Shown: positions 47,708-57,747 of the stretch, piece by piece | Layout: the number at the start of each line of letters is the position of its first letter | Position numbering within the stretch: position 1 is the stretch's first letter | From: a virus | Length of the DNA stretch: 64,000 nt | IMG/VR virus record: IMGVR_UViG_3300045999_011735 | Span: 32,001 to 96,000 of that record | Direction: 5' to 3' (one strand) | Position numbers and translations under genes: made by a program | The notes under the pieces: generated by a model | The model's database searches: none | Told to the model about the DNA's origin: nothing | What the model saw: only the letters and a program-made list of their open reading frames with translations

Positions 47708-48361
47708 TTATTTTGTATAAGCAATAAATTCAGATCCAGGTTCATCATCATCGTCATCTTCATCCCATAATCCAAGTGATTTCATATTTTCAATTTGTTC
47801 TGGTGATAGTTCCCACTCGTGAGGTGTTGCTTTTACTTCTGTATTGTCTTCAATATGTCTAACTTGATTTGGAGTTAATGGATCAGCAACGTATAAGAAA
47901 TAACAATTGTAGCATGTTAATTCTAGATTATCAAGTAAATAGTTATTTTTATTTCCATCTTTAAAATTCAATAATAATGGTATTTTATAGTCAGTTACTC
48001 TGCGTTCATTAAATCCACATTTACAGCATTCTTCTTTTAAATACCCTTCAGTTATTATTCTTGATTTTATTTTTTCAGGTGTAAATGATTCCCACCCAGT
48101 ACCAGTTTCAACTATGATTTTAACATTTGGTTCTTTGCGTTTATTAGGTAAAAATTTGGGAATACCCTTACCGCTTTGATTTTTATGTATTTCGAATAAT
48201 GAAGGTGAATCTATATCTCCATCATTTACTTTATATTGTTTAGCCCAAGGTTTATAATGCTGGTATGATACTCCTAAATAGCGAGCAGCAGCACGATTTG
48301 ATTTTGTAAATCGCATTGCACGCAATATATCTTCTTTACTTAATGGTTTAGGAGCAGGCAT
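47708..48361 (-). CDS. HTH + degenerate HNH Zn-finger protein
   Basis: SNRAAARYLGVSY HTH; CCKCG...LLLNFKDG...NLELTCYNCY. Confidence 0.7.
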   Translation of the reverse strand: MPAPKPLSKEDILRAMRFTKSNRAAARYLGVSYQHYKPWAKQYKVNDGDIDSPSLFEIHKNQSGKGIPKFLPNKRKEPNVKIIVETGTGWESFTPEKIKSRIITEGYLKEECCKCGFNERRVTDYKIPLLLNFKDGNKNNYLLDNLELTCYNCYFLYVADPLTPNQVRHIEDNTEVKATPHEWELSPEQIENMKSLGLWDEDDDDDEPGSEFIAYTK

Positions 48362-48762
48362 TACTTTTTAACTTGTTTTATTAATTCCCATAAATCCTCA
48401 ATTCGCTCTAAAGGAATAGGATTATCATCTTCATCATATATTGGATTAATAGTTCCATCAGGATTAGTTCTTTCATAAACATAAAAGCTAACTAATTCAC
48501 CTGCTTCTTTTCCAAAATGCATAAAAATAAAACTATCAATTATTTGGAAAAACGGTTCATCATACTTAGTCATATCAAGCCCATAATCAATATGCATCAT
48601 AGGCCCTCTATTTACAATATGTGTTAATAAGGAAATAGTACTAATGAATATTTCTCGTTGAGTATCTTCGTTTGTCTTTTTACGACGTTTTAGAGTACTT
48701 TGAGCCCCTATTATTTGATTTATCTGCTCTTGAAGTTTTTCTATGTATTCTTTTTGATCCAT
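48361..48762 (-). CDS. Hypothetical protein
   Basis: Coupled ORF. Confidence 0.55.
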   Translation of the reverse strand: MDQKEYIEKLQEQINQIIGAQSTLKRRKKTNEDTQREIFISTISLLTHIVNRGPMMHIDYGLDMTKYDEPFFQIIDSFIFMHFGKEAGELVSFYVYERTNPDGTINPIYDEDDNPIPLERIEDLWELIKQVKK

Positions 48763-49069
48763 AACTATTTAATGATTCTATTAATTTTTGAATGTCAGCA
48801 CACATTTCGTATTGTTCTAAATCCATAAAATATGTTTGTGCTTTTTCTAATGATTGTTTCCAACCAGTACGATCAAGTGAAATATAATTCCCTGTAGAGT
48901 TTAATTCTATAATAGTTGCTTCAGATTTATTTGTTTTAGCTGCTGATTTTATTCCTTCAACAATACTATTATAAAGTATGTCTTTTATTTGTACATTTTC
49001 TTGAATTGCTGTAAAGTCAATTCCTTCTTGGACAGTAATATACAAATTAGGAATTTTTCTTTTAGACAT
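48680..49069 (-). CDS. Hypothetical protein with UVR-like E.YE.CA motif
   Basis: LEQYEMCADIQKLIE. Confidence 0.55.
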   Translation of the reverse strand: MSKRKIPNLYITVQEGIDFTAIQENVQIKDILYNSIVEGIKSAAKTNKSEATIIELNSTGNYISLDRTGWKQSLEKAQTYFMDLEQYEMCADIQKLIESLNSYGSKRIHRKTSRADKSNNRGSKYSKTS

Positions 49070-49080
49070 ATCCAGTAGTT

Positions 49081-49455
49081 TTATACTTGTTCTTTTTCAG
49101 CACCTCCAGTTTCCAATGCTGATTTGATAAGCATTTTGATATTATTTAGGCTAATTAAAAATCCAATAACATTTTCATAAGGTACATCTAAATCAACGTC
49201 AACACTTAACATATGAGGAGCTAAACCAGCATTTAACTTGGTTTTTAACTTTTGTGTTAATTCTTCTTTTTGACTTTGAGTATATCCTTTAGGTAATATA
49301 AATTGAACTTTAATACCCTTTTTAGTTGGGTTTGAATTAACGTCTAATTTTAAGCGAGGTGATGTAGATGTATCAACTTCAACATCTGCTGTTGCTTCTA
49401 CTTCTTCTGCTTCAAGATATAACTTTAACTCTTCTAATATGCTAATTGGTTTCAT
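49081..49455 (-). CDS. Hypothetical protein
   Basis: ATATTTAT upstream; DVNSNPTKKGIKVQF. Confidence 0.55.
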   Translation of the reverse strand: MKPISILEELKLYLEAEEVEATADVEVDTSTSPRLKLDVNSNPTKKGIKVQFILPKGYTQSQKEELTQKLKTKLNAGLAPHMLSVDVDLDVPYENVIGFLISLNNIKMLIKSALETGGAEKEQV

Positions 49456-49458
49456 GTA

Positions 49459-50391
49459 CTATTTTCGTATAAATATTAAATCTTGTTCAAATGATTCTAA
49501 TGATTCTACATTAACTTTAACATTTCCTAACTCAAACATACCGATTTCGTTATTTTCTGCAACAATATCATTCAGTTGTGTTAAAAATGTGTAATCTTGT
49601 TGAGTAAAGGTATTAACATCTATTTCAACAACCACATTTGCTTCTTCAAGAGGAGATGTAAAGAATAAGTCTAATGCTTTAGTTAGGTCAGGAGTAGCAT
49701 TACCTATAATAACATAAGCCTTTTTATATACCTTATTATATTTGGATATCCTAAAACCCCACTTTTTAATAAAGGCTAAGTTAGACATCATTTCGATTTC
49801 TTGATAGTTATCTGATCTTGATGTTTTGCTCACAAAGTGATATACCATAGCTGCATTTGCTACTTTACATTCAAACCCAGCTAATTTATATCTTAAATGC
49901 ACATCATCATCTTCACAGAATTTTTTAAAGGTATATCCATCTATGTCAAGATAATCTTCTTTATAAACGGCAAAGAATAGTTGTGAACCACCATCAATCA
50001 AAACATCATCTACAGTATATTGAAAGAATTTGTTTTTATCGTAATTTTCAATTCCACGACCACAATCAAATATAGATTTGCCTGGATATTCGTCTGTGTA
50101 AATTGGTGGTTCTACTCGATGATAAACTAATACCATTTTGCGTTTAATATGCTTTAAAATAGTTTCCACAAATCCAGGATGTGGCACCATATCATTATGC
50201 ATCAATACTACTACTTCACCTTTTGCTTTAGCTACAGCATTGTTAAAATTAATTCCTAAAGTCACATCATCATTTACTTCAACTACAATTTCAACTTCAT
50301 TTTCATCAGGATATAACTCTCTGATTTGTTGAACCGCAAAGTCAGTATAATGTTGATTAGATGTGGTTGCTGGTATTATTAGTGATATCAT
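49459..50391 (-). CDS. Glycosyltransferase family 2
   Basis: ISLIIPA, NNAVAKAKGE, HNDM, EDDD, VYHFVS. Confidence 0.85.
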   Translation of the reverse strand: MISLIIPATTSNQHYTDFAVQQIRELYPDENEVEIVVEVNDDVTLGINFNNAVAKAKGEVVVLMHNDMVPHPGFVETILKHIKRKMVLVYHRVEPPIYTDEYPGKSIFDCGRGIENYDKNKFFQYTVDDVLIDGGSQLFFAVYKEDYLDIDGYTFKKFCEDDDVHLRYKLAGFECKVANAAMVYHFVSKTSRSDNYQEIEMMSNLAFIKKWGFRISKYNKVYKKAYVIIGNATPDLTKALDLFFTSPLEEANVVVEIDVNTFTQQDYTFLTQLNDIVAENNEIGMFELGNVKVNVESLESFEQDLIFIRK

Positions 50392-51250
50392 ATATCATTC
50401 TGTTTTTAATTGATGGTATTGGTTTTACAAAATCATTATTATCAAATTGTGGCATTGCTCCCCATTTATTTAAAAATTTCTTTGCATTTTTATATTCATT
50501 AAGTCTTTGTCTTTCAGAAGATTGTCCATTGTTTTCTTCTAAACGATGTGAACCTCTACCTGCAAAATGCCAAATTACAGATTTAGTTGTTTGAACAAAT
50601 CCAAACCCTTCATTTTGCATTCTAATAAATAAGTCCATGTCTTCCCAAGATGTTGGAGCAAATAAGGCATCATTGCCTCCAATATAGTCCCAATCTTCTT
50701 TTCTAATTATAAACCCACCTGCACCTTCACATCTTCTTATTTGAATATCATTCAAGCTACTAAATTCTCTTGAAAATTCCAAAAATGCATTTTCATTAAA
50801 ATCATCATGATATGCCCCAATTGCATCTACAGGAAAGAATATATTACCTGGTTTTTGAGGTGGATTGTTAAATATGTTTGGTTGTATTCTCCAAGACGAT
50901 ATGGCATATTTACTGTCATATTTTCTTATTTCATTTAATAATACTAAATCAAACTCTTCAGCAACATAAAAGTCAGATTGTAAAAATATAATATATTCTG
51001 TTTTTACCTTACTAGCACAGAAGTTCATCCCACCACCTATTCCTCTAGCCGGTTCAAAATGTGGTTCAATATATATTTCTAGATTGTATTGATCTTTAAC
51101 TTCTTCAAGCCATTCGTTTGTTCCATCAGTACAGTTTTCTGCATGTATTATAAATGGAGCATCTTTAAAATAGGCATTTTGTCTTACTGATTTGATGCTC
51201 CATTTTAAATATTCTAGATTATTGTATGTTGAAATTGTAAATGTAATCAT
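50357..51250 (-). CDS. Glycosyltransferase family 2
   Basis: ISTYNN, ENCTDGT, QSD, IGGND, WEDMDL. Confidence 0.88.
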   Translation of the reverse strand: MITFTISTYNNLEYLKWSIKSVRQNAYFKDAPFIIHAENCTDGTNEWLEEVKDQYNLEIYIEPHFEPARGIGGGMNFCASKVKTEYIIFLQSDFYVAEEFDLVLLNEIRKYDSKYAISSWRIQPNIFNNPPQKPGNIFFPVDAIGAYHDDFNENAFLEFSREFSSLNDIQIRRCEGAGGFIIRKEDWDYIGGNDALFAPTSWEDMDLFIRMQNEGFGFVQTTKSVIWHFAGRGSHRLEENNGQSSERQRLNEYKNAKKFLNKWGAMPQFDNNDFVKPIPSIKNRMIYDITNNTSNHI

Positions 51251-51253
51251 TTA

Positions 51254-51952
51254 TTATTGTTTTTTAAAGGTGAAATACCAATTCCATGATCTTCTTAAAG
51301 ATTCATCCATTGTTGATTCGGACTCTATTCTAGGATAATCAGCAGTCATTAGAATTGATGGATAAACAGATACTGGATCCCAACCATGGGTATACATAAA
51401 GTAGATAAAATTATCATAATCAAATAATCCTCTATAAATCCAATCATGTCCCATTCTCCAATTAGGTACTGAAATAGAGAATAAAGTATGTTCTGGGGTG
51501 TGGGTATGTAGATTTCTGATTAAATTACCTGGATTGCTAACATGTTCTAGGAAATCATTTGCTACTATTACATCATATTTGTCTGTTAATGGTGTAACGT
51601 CAATTCCATCCATCATATTTTGAACTATGAATTTTCCTTTATATCCACGTTCATCAAATAATTGTTTAGCACCTATTTTATCTACAAACGTATAATTACA
51701 CCCTGTTTCATTAATAATTAACTGTCCTAAATATCCAGGACCAGATCCTAATTCTAACACATAACTATCTTTAGTTACATTAGTTTCATTTATTATTAAC
51801 TTTTTTTCGTATTCATATCTTTGCTTCCATATGTCTTCAGTATCTCTGAGTTGTCCTTCAGGTACAGTAGTCCATTCTAAATTTTGTTTTTCTTCAGTAT
51901 GCTGAGTTACATAGTGTGCTTTAAAATCAACATCGTTTGAGTGTCTAAACAT
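51254..51952 (-). CDS. Class I SAM-dependent methyltransferase
   Basis: VLELGSGPG, YDVIVANDFLEHV, SVPN. Confidence 0.88.
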   Translation of the reverse strand: MFRHSNDVDFKAHYVTQHTEEKQNLEWTTVPEGQLRDTEDIWKQRYEYEKKLIINETNVTKDSYVLELGSGPGYLGQLIINETGCNYTFVDKIGAKQLFDERGYKGKFIVQNMMDGIDVTPLTDKYDVIVANDFLEHVSNPGNLIRNLHTHTPEHTLFSISVPNWRMGHDWIYRGLFDYDNFIYFMYTHGWDPVSVYPSILMTADYPRIESESTMDESLRRSWNWYFTFKKQ

Positions 51953-51957
51953 GTTTT

Positions 51958-52689
51958 TTAAATTTTATAATTAAATGCTTTATTTCTTATTTCTGTAAAT
52001 TTATTAAATTTTCCTGTTTCAGTAAAATATTCAAACATATTTCTTTCAGCCATGCTGTTTGTGTCGGATAATTCGTCTGCAAATAGCTTTAGTGTTTGAC
52101 TAATTAAGTGAATAGTAGGTGTTTTATCACATACTCCCATTTTCCAATTATTTTCTTCACATATCATTGCTGATAGGCAATCTATACCCCATCCATAAAT
52201 TAATTTGGAAGGTATTGGATATAATTTTTCAGCTAATTCTCTTGAAAACATAGGTGCTTGGTAATCTATAAATGGTACTTCTCTAGTTGTACCTGTATTC
52301 CAAGGTCTCATTGTTTTCCATATTGTTTGATCCCCTGTATGTGGTTCTAAAATGCAAGGTGAAATTAATTTAAAATCGCCTTTAAACATTTCTTCACGTA
52401 ATGTTCTAATATAGTTAGCTCCATGTAATAATACATCGTTATTTAAAATAATAACAGAATCATATTGTGGTGATTCTAAGAATAAATCTAAAATAACACT
52501 TACACCACCTCCATAACGTACATTTTCTTCTAAAGCATGTGTTGTGTATTTACTAACTTTATCTTTATGTGAACCATTATCTATAACAGCAACGTCGTAT
52601 ATATCTTCTTCAAATGGTTTTAAAGTTTCATATAAACTATCTGTTAATTCAAATGTGTTGTATTGTAATATTGCTACTAGTGTTTTCAC
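51958..52689 (-). CDS. Glycosyltransferase family 2
   Basis: ILQYN, VIDNGS, LNNDV, YGWGID. Confidence 0.82.
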   Translation of the reverse strand: MKTLVAILQYNTFELTDSLYETLKPFEEDIYDVAVIDNGSHKDKVSKYTTHALEENVRYGGGVSVILDLFLESPQYDSVIILNNDVLLHGANYIRTLREEMFKGDFKLISPCILEPHTGDQTIWKTMRPWNTGTTREVPFIDYQAPMFSRELAEKLYPIPSKLIYGWGIDCLSAMICEENNWKMGVCDKTPTIHLISQTLKLFADELSDTNSMAERNMFEYFTETGKFNKFTEIRNKAFNYKI

Positions 52690-53267
52690 TATATACGTTT
52701 TAAAATAGTTAAACCATTATTGTTTGTATATGTTTCGTGAACATTCCATTCTTTATGTTCTTCTAAGAATTCATTTATGGCAGGTATTAGTCCTTTCTTT
52801 TCAGACCCGTTATACCACCCAAATTTATCATAGCTGTTTAATTCATCTTGATTTCCAAACAATACAGTATCGTGTAAAATAATATATTTTTTTACTTTTG
52901 AAGCATGTAGTGTTAATTCAGCACTTAGTTGTTTATATGAGTGCCAAGTATCAATGAATAATAAGTCAGTTTCGTCAATTTCTATTTCTAAATTATTAGT
53001 TAACCAAAATTTATATTGACAATTTATGTCTCTAGCATATTGTTCAGCTAATTCAATACTAGCACCCCATTTTGATGGGTGTTGTATGTCAATAGAAAAC
53101 ATTTTTTTAGGCTTAGCAGCCAAGAAAGCATAAGTAGATACGATCCATCTTACACCCATTTCAGTTACATGTTCACATTCTTCAGCATACTTTTTTAATG
53201 TTGGAAGATGTTCATTAATATCTGATTCGGTTTTTACTAAGTATTTATATTTTTCTTCTAATGTCAT
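52689..53267 (-). CDS. SAM-dependent (sugar O-)methyltransferase, Methyltransf_24-like
   Basis: TEMGVRW, DLLFIDTWH, YIILHDT, NNNGL. Confidence 0.82.
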   Translation of the reverse strand: MTLEEKYKYLVKTESDINEHLPTLKKYAEECEHVTEMGVRWIVSTYAFLAAKPKKMFSIDIQHPSKWGASIELAEQYARDINCQYKFWLTNNLEIEIDETDLLFIDTWHSYKQLSAELTLHASKVKKYIILHDTVLFGNQDELNSYDKFGWYNGSEKKGLIPAINEFLEEHKEWNVHETYTNNNGLTILKRI

Positions 53268-53887
53268 GTATTAGTATATTTTCGACTTATATCTCTGAAG
53301 TTTTCTATAAACACATACCCAGGATTACTTAGTATAAGTGGTTCAGATATTGTATTATAACTACGTAATAATGTTTCGCCATATCCTTTTGTAAATCCAA
53401 TTATACCCCAAGCATAAGCATTATCTTCTTTTGTAAATATACGCTTAGGTTTTTCATAAAACACATTTTCACATATAATTCCCCAGTTTGAATGGTCTTC
53501 AACATTGAATAAAGCAAACACACAGTCATTACCTGCTTTCATACATTTGGAAATATCAGTGAACATGTTTTCAGGATATTCGAATCTAGTATCAGGTAGT
53601 ATCATTATGTTATATTCACCCCAATATTCTTTAGCACTTAGTAAAGATTCACCTGTAGATTCACCTCCACCAATTACATGTTCTATATTATTATCTTCTA
53701 GATATTTAATAAATTCTACTTTTTCTTTTCTAGTAATAATTACAGGTTCAATATTAAATCGTTTGCATATATTTAAAGACCACTCAATTGTTGGTTTTCC
53801 GTCTTCATCAGGTAATAATTCCTTAGCTTCATGAGGTTGCATTCTCATTCTTGTTCCATAACCAGCACAAGGTATTAATGCTTTCAT
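53264..53887 (-). CDS. Sugar-phosphate nucleotidyltransferase (RmlA-like)
   Basis: LIPCAGYGTRM...KELLP, LPD, EKP. Confidence 0.85.
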   Translation of the reverse strand: MKALIPCAGYGTRMRMQPHEAKELLPDEDGKPTIEWSLNICKRFNIEPVIITRKEKVEFIKYLEDNNIEHVIGGGESTGESLLSAKEYWGEYNIMILPDTRFEYPENMFTDISKCMKAGNDCVFALFNVEDHSNWGIICENVFYEKPKRIFTKEDNAYAWGIIGFTKGYGETLLRSYNTISEPLILSNPGYVFIENFRDISRKYTNT

Positions 53888-54594
53888 AAAATACTATTTA
53901 ATTTTTCTAAATTCATTGATATATTTCCTGGTACGTGATCTGGTTTTTGTGATGGTTGAGTTTCTGGTTTTGTTTGTTTTGCTAGATCAAGCATTGTTTT
54001 AATCTCAGTACCTACATTGTAAATACCTGTTGCTTTTTTATTTATTAATTTAACAATTAAATCTGCTATTATATCTACATAATCAAAGTTTCCTATTTGA
54101 TTATACCAGGCATATTTAAATTCAAACGGTCTAGATTTAAATGAACATCTACAAATTAAATGGTTGTTGTTAGTTAACGAAATATATTCATCAGCTAACA
54201 ATTTGTAGTATGTATACCAGTTGTTTGAAGGTACAGGCATATCCTCTTCAGTTGCATTGTTTACAGATCCAGCATAAACATAATCTGTTGAAATATGTAC
54301 TAACTTTATTTTATAAGCATTACACACATCAGAAAGTATACTAACCGCTTCATAGTTTACTTTATACATCGACTCTTTATCTGTTGAATATGTGTCTGTA
54401 TTTGCAATGCAATTTACTACTACATCATATTTTGATGTTACTATAGTACCGTGATGTATTTCTAATAGAGTATCAGTAATATCTTTATTATTAGTAAGAT
54501 CAAATCCATCTTTTTTTCTTGAAATATAATCCCATTTAGTTTGTTTTACTATTTCAGATCCTAACTTTCCATCTCCTAATACTAATACTTTCAT
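53884..54594 (-). CDS. NDP-4-keto-6-deoxysugar reductase (RmlD-like)
   Basis: VLVLGDGKLG, VNCIANTD, HISTDYVY, YTYYK. Confidence 0.85.
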   Translation of the reverse strand: MKVLVLGDGKLGSEIVKQTKWDYISRKKDGFDLTNNKDITDTLLEIHHGTIVTSKYDVVVNCIANTDTYSTDKESMYKVNYEAVSILSDVCNAYKIKLVHISTDYVYAGSVNNATEEDMPVPSNNWYTYYKLLADEYISLTNNNHLICRCSFKSRPFEFKYAWYNQIGNFDYVDIIADLIVKLINKKATGIYNVGTEIKTMLDLAKQTKPETQPSQKPDHVPGNISMNLEKLNSIL

Positions 54595-55874
54595 TTGAAT
54601 TTCTTTAAAACGTCTTCAATGTATCCAAATACAGGTTCACGATAATGAGGAGCAGCTCCAACAAAGAATACTTTATCAAGTACCTTATTTGCTTCAGGGT
54701 ATTTTTTATAATCATCTAAAAATTCAAATCCAGGATGCATTAATATATTTCCTGCGAAGTAATTTCTAGTTTGTATTTTATTATCTTCTAGATGTTGTAC
54801 TAATCTATGTTTTAATCCTTCTTCTTCACATATGATTGGAGTTCCAAACCAACATGGTTCTGCTTTATCTAATGTTTGAGGTACTCTTACATTTGGAATA
54901 TATTTTAAAAATATTGATTCAATTACATCTTTAGAAAGTCTTCTATTTTTTTCTATTTCTTCAAATTTATCTAATTGAGCTAATCCAATAGCACCTTGCA
55001 AATCTAATGGTTTTAAATTAAATCCCATATTTGCAAACACGTATTTGTGATCAATTATACCATCATAATTTTCAAGCCATTTATCAAATCTGTTTCCACA
55101 AGTACCACATGATAATAAATTAGCTGATCCTACACAATAGCAATCTCTACCCCACCATGAAAAACTTACAAATAATGATTTTAATTTGTCATCATTAGTA
55201 CAAACCATCCCACCTTCACCTGTTGAAATGTGGTGTGCTGGGTAGAATGAGTTTGAATGTGCTATATAATAATCTGTTAAGAGTAACCCTCCCCACTTGC
55301 TTCCTAAGCTGTCACAGTTGTCACCTATCAACTTGAGATCATACTTATTTGCTAATTCTACTAGCTTATCAAAGTCGGGAGGATTACCTAGTACAGGAGA
55401 AACAAATATACCTTTTGTTTTTGGTGTAATTTTTTCTTCAATTTTATTTACATCAAAGTTTAAAGTATCCCATTCAATATCTACAAATACAGGTTTTAAT
55501 CTATTTTGATAAATTACAGATACTGTTGTTGCAAATCCAACAGGCGACACGATTAATTCATCATCGTCTTGCCAATTGAATCGTTTTTTAAGAGCAGCAA
55601 TCAATACTAAGTTAGCAGATGAACCTGAGTTCACCATGTGAGCATGCTTTTGATTGAATTTCTTTGCAAATCTGCTCTCAAATTTATGTACTTTTTCTCC
55701 TGCTACAATCCACTTTCCATTTAAGAAAGCATCCATAGCAGCTACTATCTCATTACTATCCCAGTAAGGACCTGAATAATATACTGGTGTTTTGCCAGGT
55801 TCAAAATGGTCATTATAAATGTATTTTGGAACATGGTTTCCAGCTAATGCTTGTATGTTTGATAATTCTATCAT
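54591..55874 (-). CDS. rfbH: NDP-4-keto-6-deoxyglucose 3-dehydrase (RfbH/DdhC E1-like)
   Basis: VNSGSSANL, DNCDSLGS, SFYPAHHISTGEGG (His in place of the PLP Lys), WGRDCYC...CGTC Fe-S motif, DHKY. Confidence 0.85.
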   Translation of the reverse strand: MIELSNIQALAGNHVPKYIYNDHFEPGKTPVYYSGPYWDSNEIVAAMDAFLNGKWIVAGEKVHKFESRFAKKFNQKHAHMVNSGSSANLVLIAALKKRFNWQDDDELIVSPVGFATTVSVIYQNRLKPVFVDIEWDTLNFDVNKIEEKITPKTKGIFVSPVLGNPPDFDKLVELANKYDLKLIGDNCDSLGSKWGGLLLTDYYIAHSNSFYPAHHISTGEGGMVCTNDDKLKSLFVSFSWWGRDCYCVGSANLLSCGTCGNRFDKWLENYDGIIDHKYVFANMGFNLKPLDLQGAIGLAQLDKFEEIEKNRRLSKDVIESIFLKYIPNVRVPQTLDKAEPCWFGTPIICEEEGLKHRLVQHLEDNKIQTRNYFAGNILMHPGFEFLDDYKKYPEANKVLDKVFFVGAAPHYREPVFGYIEDVLKKFK

Positions 55875-56539
55875 TTATATATTTTTTCCCAATCAATTAC
55901 TGGTGCAAGCCATTCTACTTCACAATGTGTTGATAAACTAGGTATTGGAGCTAAAACGCTTCTTCCTTTATATGCTGATAAATGTTCAAATCGGCCTCTA
56001 TCACTTGGATTGCTAGTATGAATATCAAAGTCTTCATTAATTATTCTTTTAGATACTAATACACTACCTGTACTACTTGGAACTGTTTTCCAATGGTGTG
56101 TTTTAGTAGGAAGAATATATGAAGTTAATCCAGGATAGTGGTTTGGATTGTAAAAATCAGGATGATCATATAACGTTACATAATCAATATCTTCATAAGT
56201 ACTAAATAGTTCTTTTGCTTTAAAGGGCCATTCAGGTCTAAATGCATAGTCATTTTCAGCAAAGTATACTATATCGTCATCATTTAGATTTAAATTTTTA
56301 GCATAATTCCAAGTATAAAGATATGAAGCCCAATCAGATCCTCCCTTAAAAACCTCAGTACAATGTATTCTAGAATCATTAATTTGGCAATCACCATCAA
56401 ACATTAAGTGGAATTTAACAAAGTCTAATCCATCTATTGTTGATAATATATTATTTAAACTTTTTTCATATGAAAACCAGCTAGGTCTGTTTTTACCAAA
56501 CCCACTGTGATTAGTATGTCTATAAAGTATGTGTATCAT
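55871..56539 (-). CDS. Putative GT-A glycosyltransferase
   Basis: VYFAENDY, YVTLYDHPD, PIPSLSTH. Confidence 0.6.
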   Translation of the reverse strand: MIHILYRHTNHSGFGKNRPSWFSYEKSLNNILSTIDGLDFVKFHLMFDGDCQINDSRIHCTEVFKGGSDWASYLYTWNYAKNLNLNDDDIVYFAENDYAFRPEWPFKAKELFSTYEDIDYVTLYDHPDFYNPNHYPGLTSYILPTKTHHWKTVPSSTGSVLVSKRIINEDFDIHTSNPSDRGRFEHLSAYKGRSVLAPIPSLSTHCEVEWLAPVIDWEKIYK

Positions 56540-57123
56540 TTTATTCTTTTTGCAGGTACACCAACATATATACCCGATTCTATAAGATCTGTTACTACAG
56601 CCGCATTTGCTCCTATAGTAATAGATTCATTAATTATTAATTTTTCTCTTATAGAAGCATTGTTTCCCATATACACTTTATCTTGAATTTTAACATTACC
56701 TGATACTATAGAACCAGGCATTGCGCTAAAATAGTCTCTAATTATACAATCATGTCCAATATGAACTGCTCTGTTCAATATTGCATGATCTCCTATTTCT
56801 ATATTATATGTTAATACACAATTAGCTCCTATAAAAGAGCCTTGTCCTATATTAACATAAGATAATACTAATGCCGATGGGTGAATATATGAAAAATATT
56901 TTGTGTTTCCAGGGAGTTTATTAAACATTTCAGATCTATCTTGAGGTTTTGCTATTGCTATCATTACCTCATATTCTGTAGGGTCAAATTCAGATAATGG
57001 AAATATATAATCGTTGTTTTCTTTCCAGTATTTATCATCTACAAAGCACTTCATTGTAAAATCTCCAATGTGTGCTCTTACTTCTTGAGCGTGTCCTCCA
57101 GCGCCTATTAATGCTCTTTTCAT
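56536..57123 (-). CDS. Sugar acetyltransferase (NeuD/PglD-like hexapeptide)
   Basis: IGAGGHA, IHPSA, IGHD, GVPAK. Confidence 0.9.
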   Translation of the reverse strand: MKRALIGAGGHAQEVRAHIGDFTMKCFVDDKYWKENNDYIFPLSEFDPTEYEVMIAIAKPQDRSEMFNKLPGNTKYFSYIHPSALVLSYVNIGQGSFIGANCVLTYNIEIGDHAILNRAVHIGHDCIIRDYFSAMPGSIVSGNVKIQDKVYMGNNASIREKLIINESITIGANAAVVTDLIESGIYVGVPAKRIK

Positions 57124-57747
57124 TTAACTTTTATTTTGGTAGTACCAACAGTTATCATTATTAAAGACCTTTAAATTATTCTCATTAGCATAATCATGCA
57201 CTGCTCTACGTACAGTTTCCCATGTATAATCATCTCCGATTATATTTGCGTTTGGCCATAATTTATGAGTAATTTTAATATCATGTAAAACAGAATCATA
57301 ATCATGGTGCGCATCTATATAGACTAAATCAAAAGGAATATTCATTTTACCTAATATTTCTAAACCTTCTACTGTTTTAGCTCTAAGTGGGGTTAAATGG
57401 TGTTTATGATCCCACATATTAACTAAAAACGTTTCCCACAATACACTAATTTGAGGCCATAATTCTTTTACTTGTTCGATACCAAATTCTTCTTGGACAT
57501 AATCGTTCATATCTTTACTCCAATGATCTATACACACTATATGAGCATCTGGGGCGTTTTCTGCTATGAATTTTGTTGAACCTGCTCCTGTCCAACTTCC
57601 CATTTCTAGAATATATTTAGGTTTTAAATCTCTTATTACTGATTTTAGTATGTGGTGGTTTCCTATTCCAAACCAATTATGGCTATCTTTATTAATATTT
57701 GGTTTTTCACTAGGCCATTGAAACAGAGATTCTATTCGTTCTTTCAT
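57124..57747 (-). CDS. SAM-dependent methyltransferase, Methyltransf_24-like
   Basis: LEMGSWTG, CIDHW, DLVYIDAHHDY, GDDY. Confidence 0.85.
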   Translation of the reverse strand: MKERIESLFQWPSEKPNINKDSHNWFGIGNHHILKSVIRDLKPKYILEMGSWTGAGSTKFIAENAPDAHIVCIDHWSKDMNDYVQEEFGIEQVKELWPQISVLWETFLVNMWDHKHHLTPLRAKTVEGLEILGKMNIPFDLVYIDAHHDYDSVLHDIKITHKLWPNANIIGDDYTWETVRRAVHDYANENNLKVFNNDNCWYYQNKS

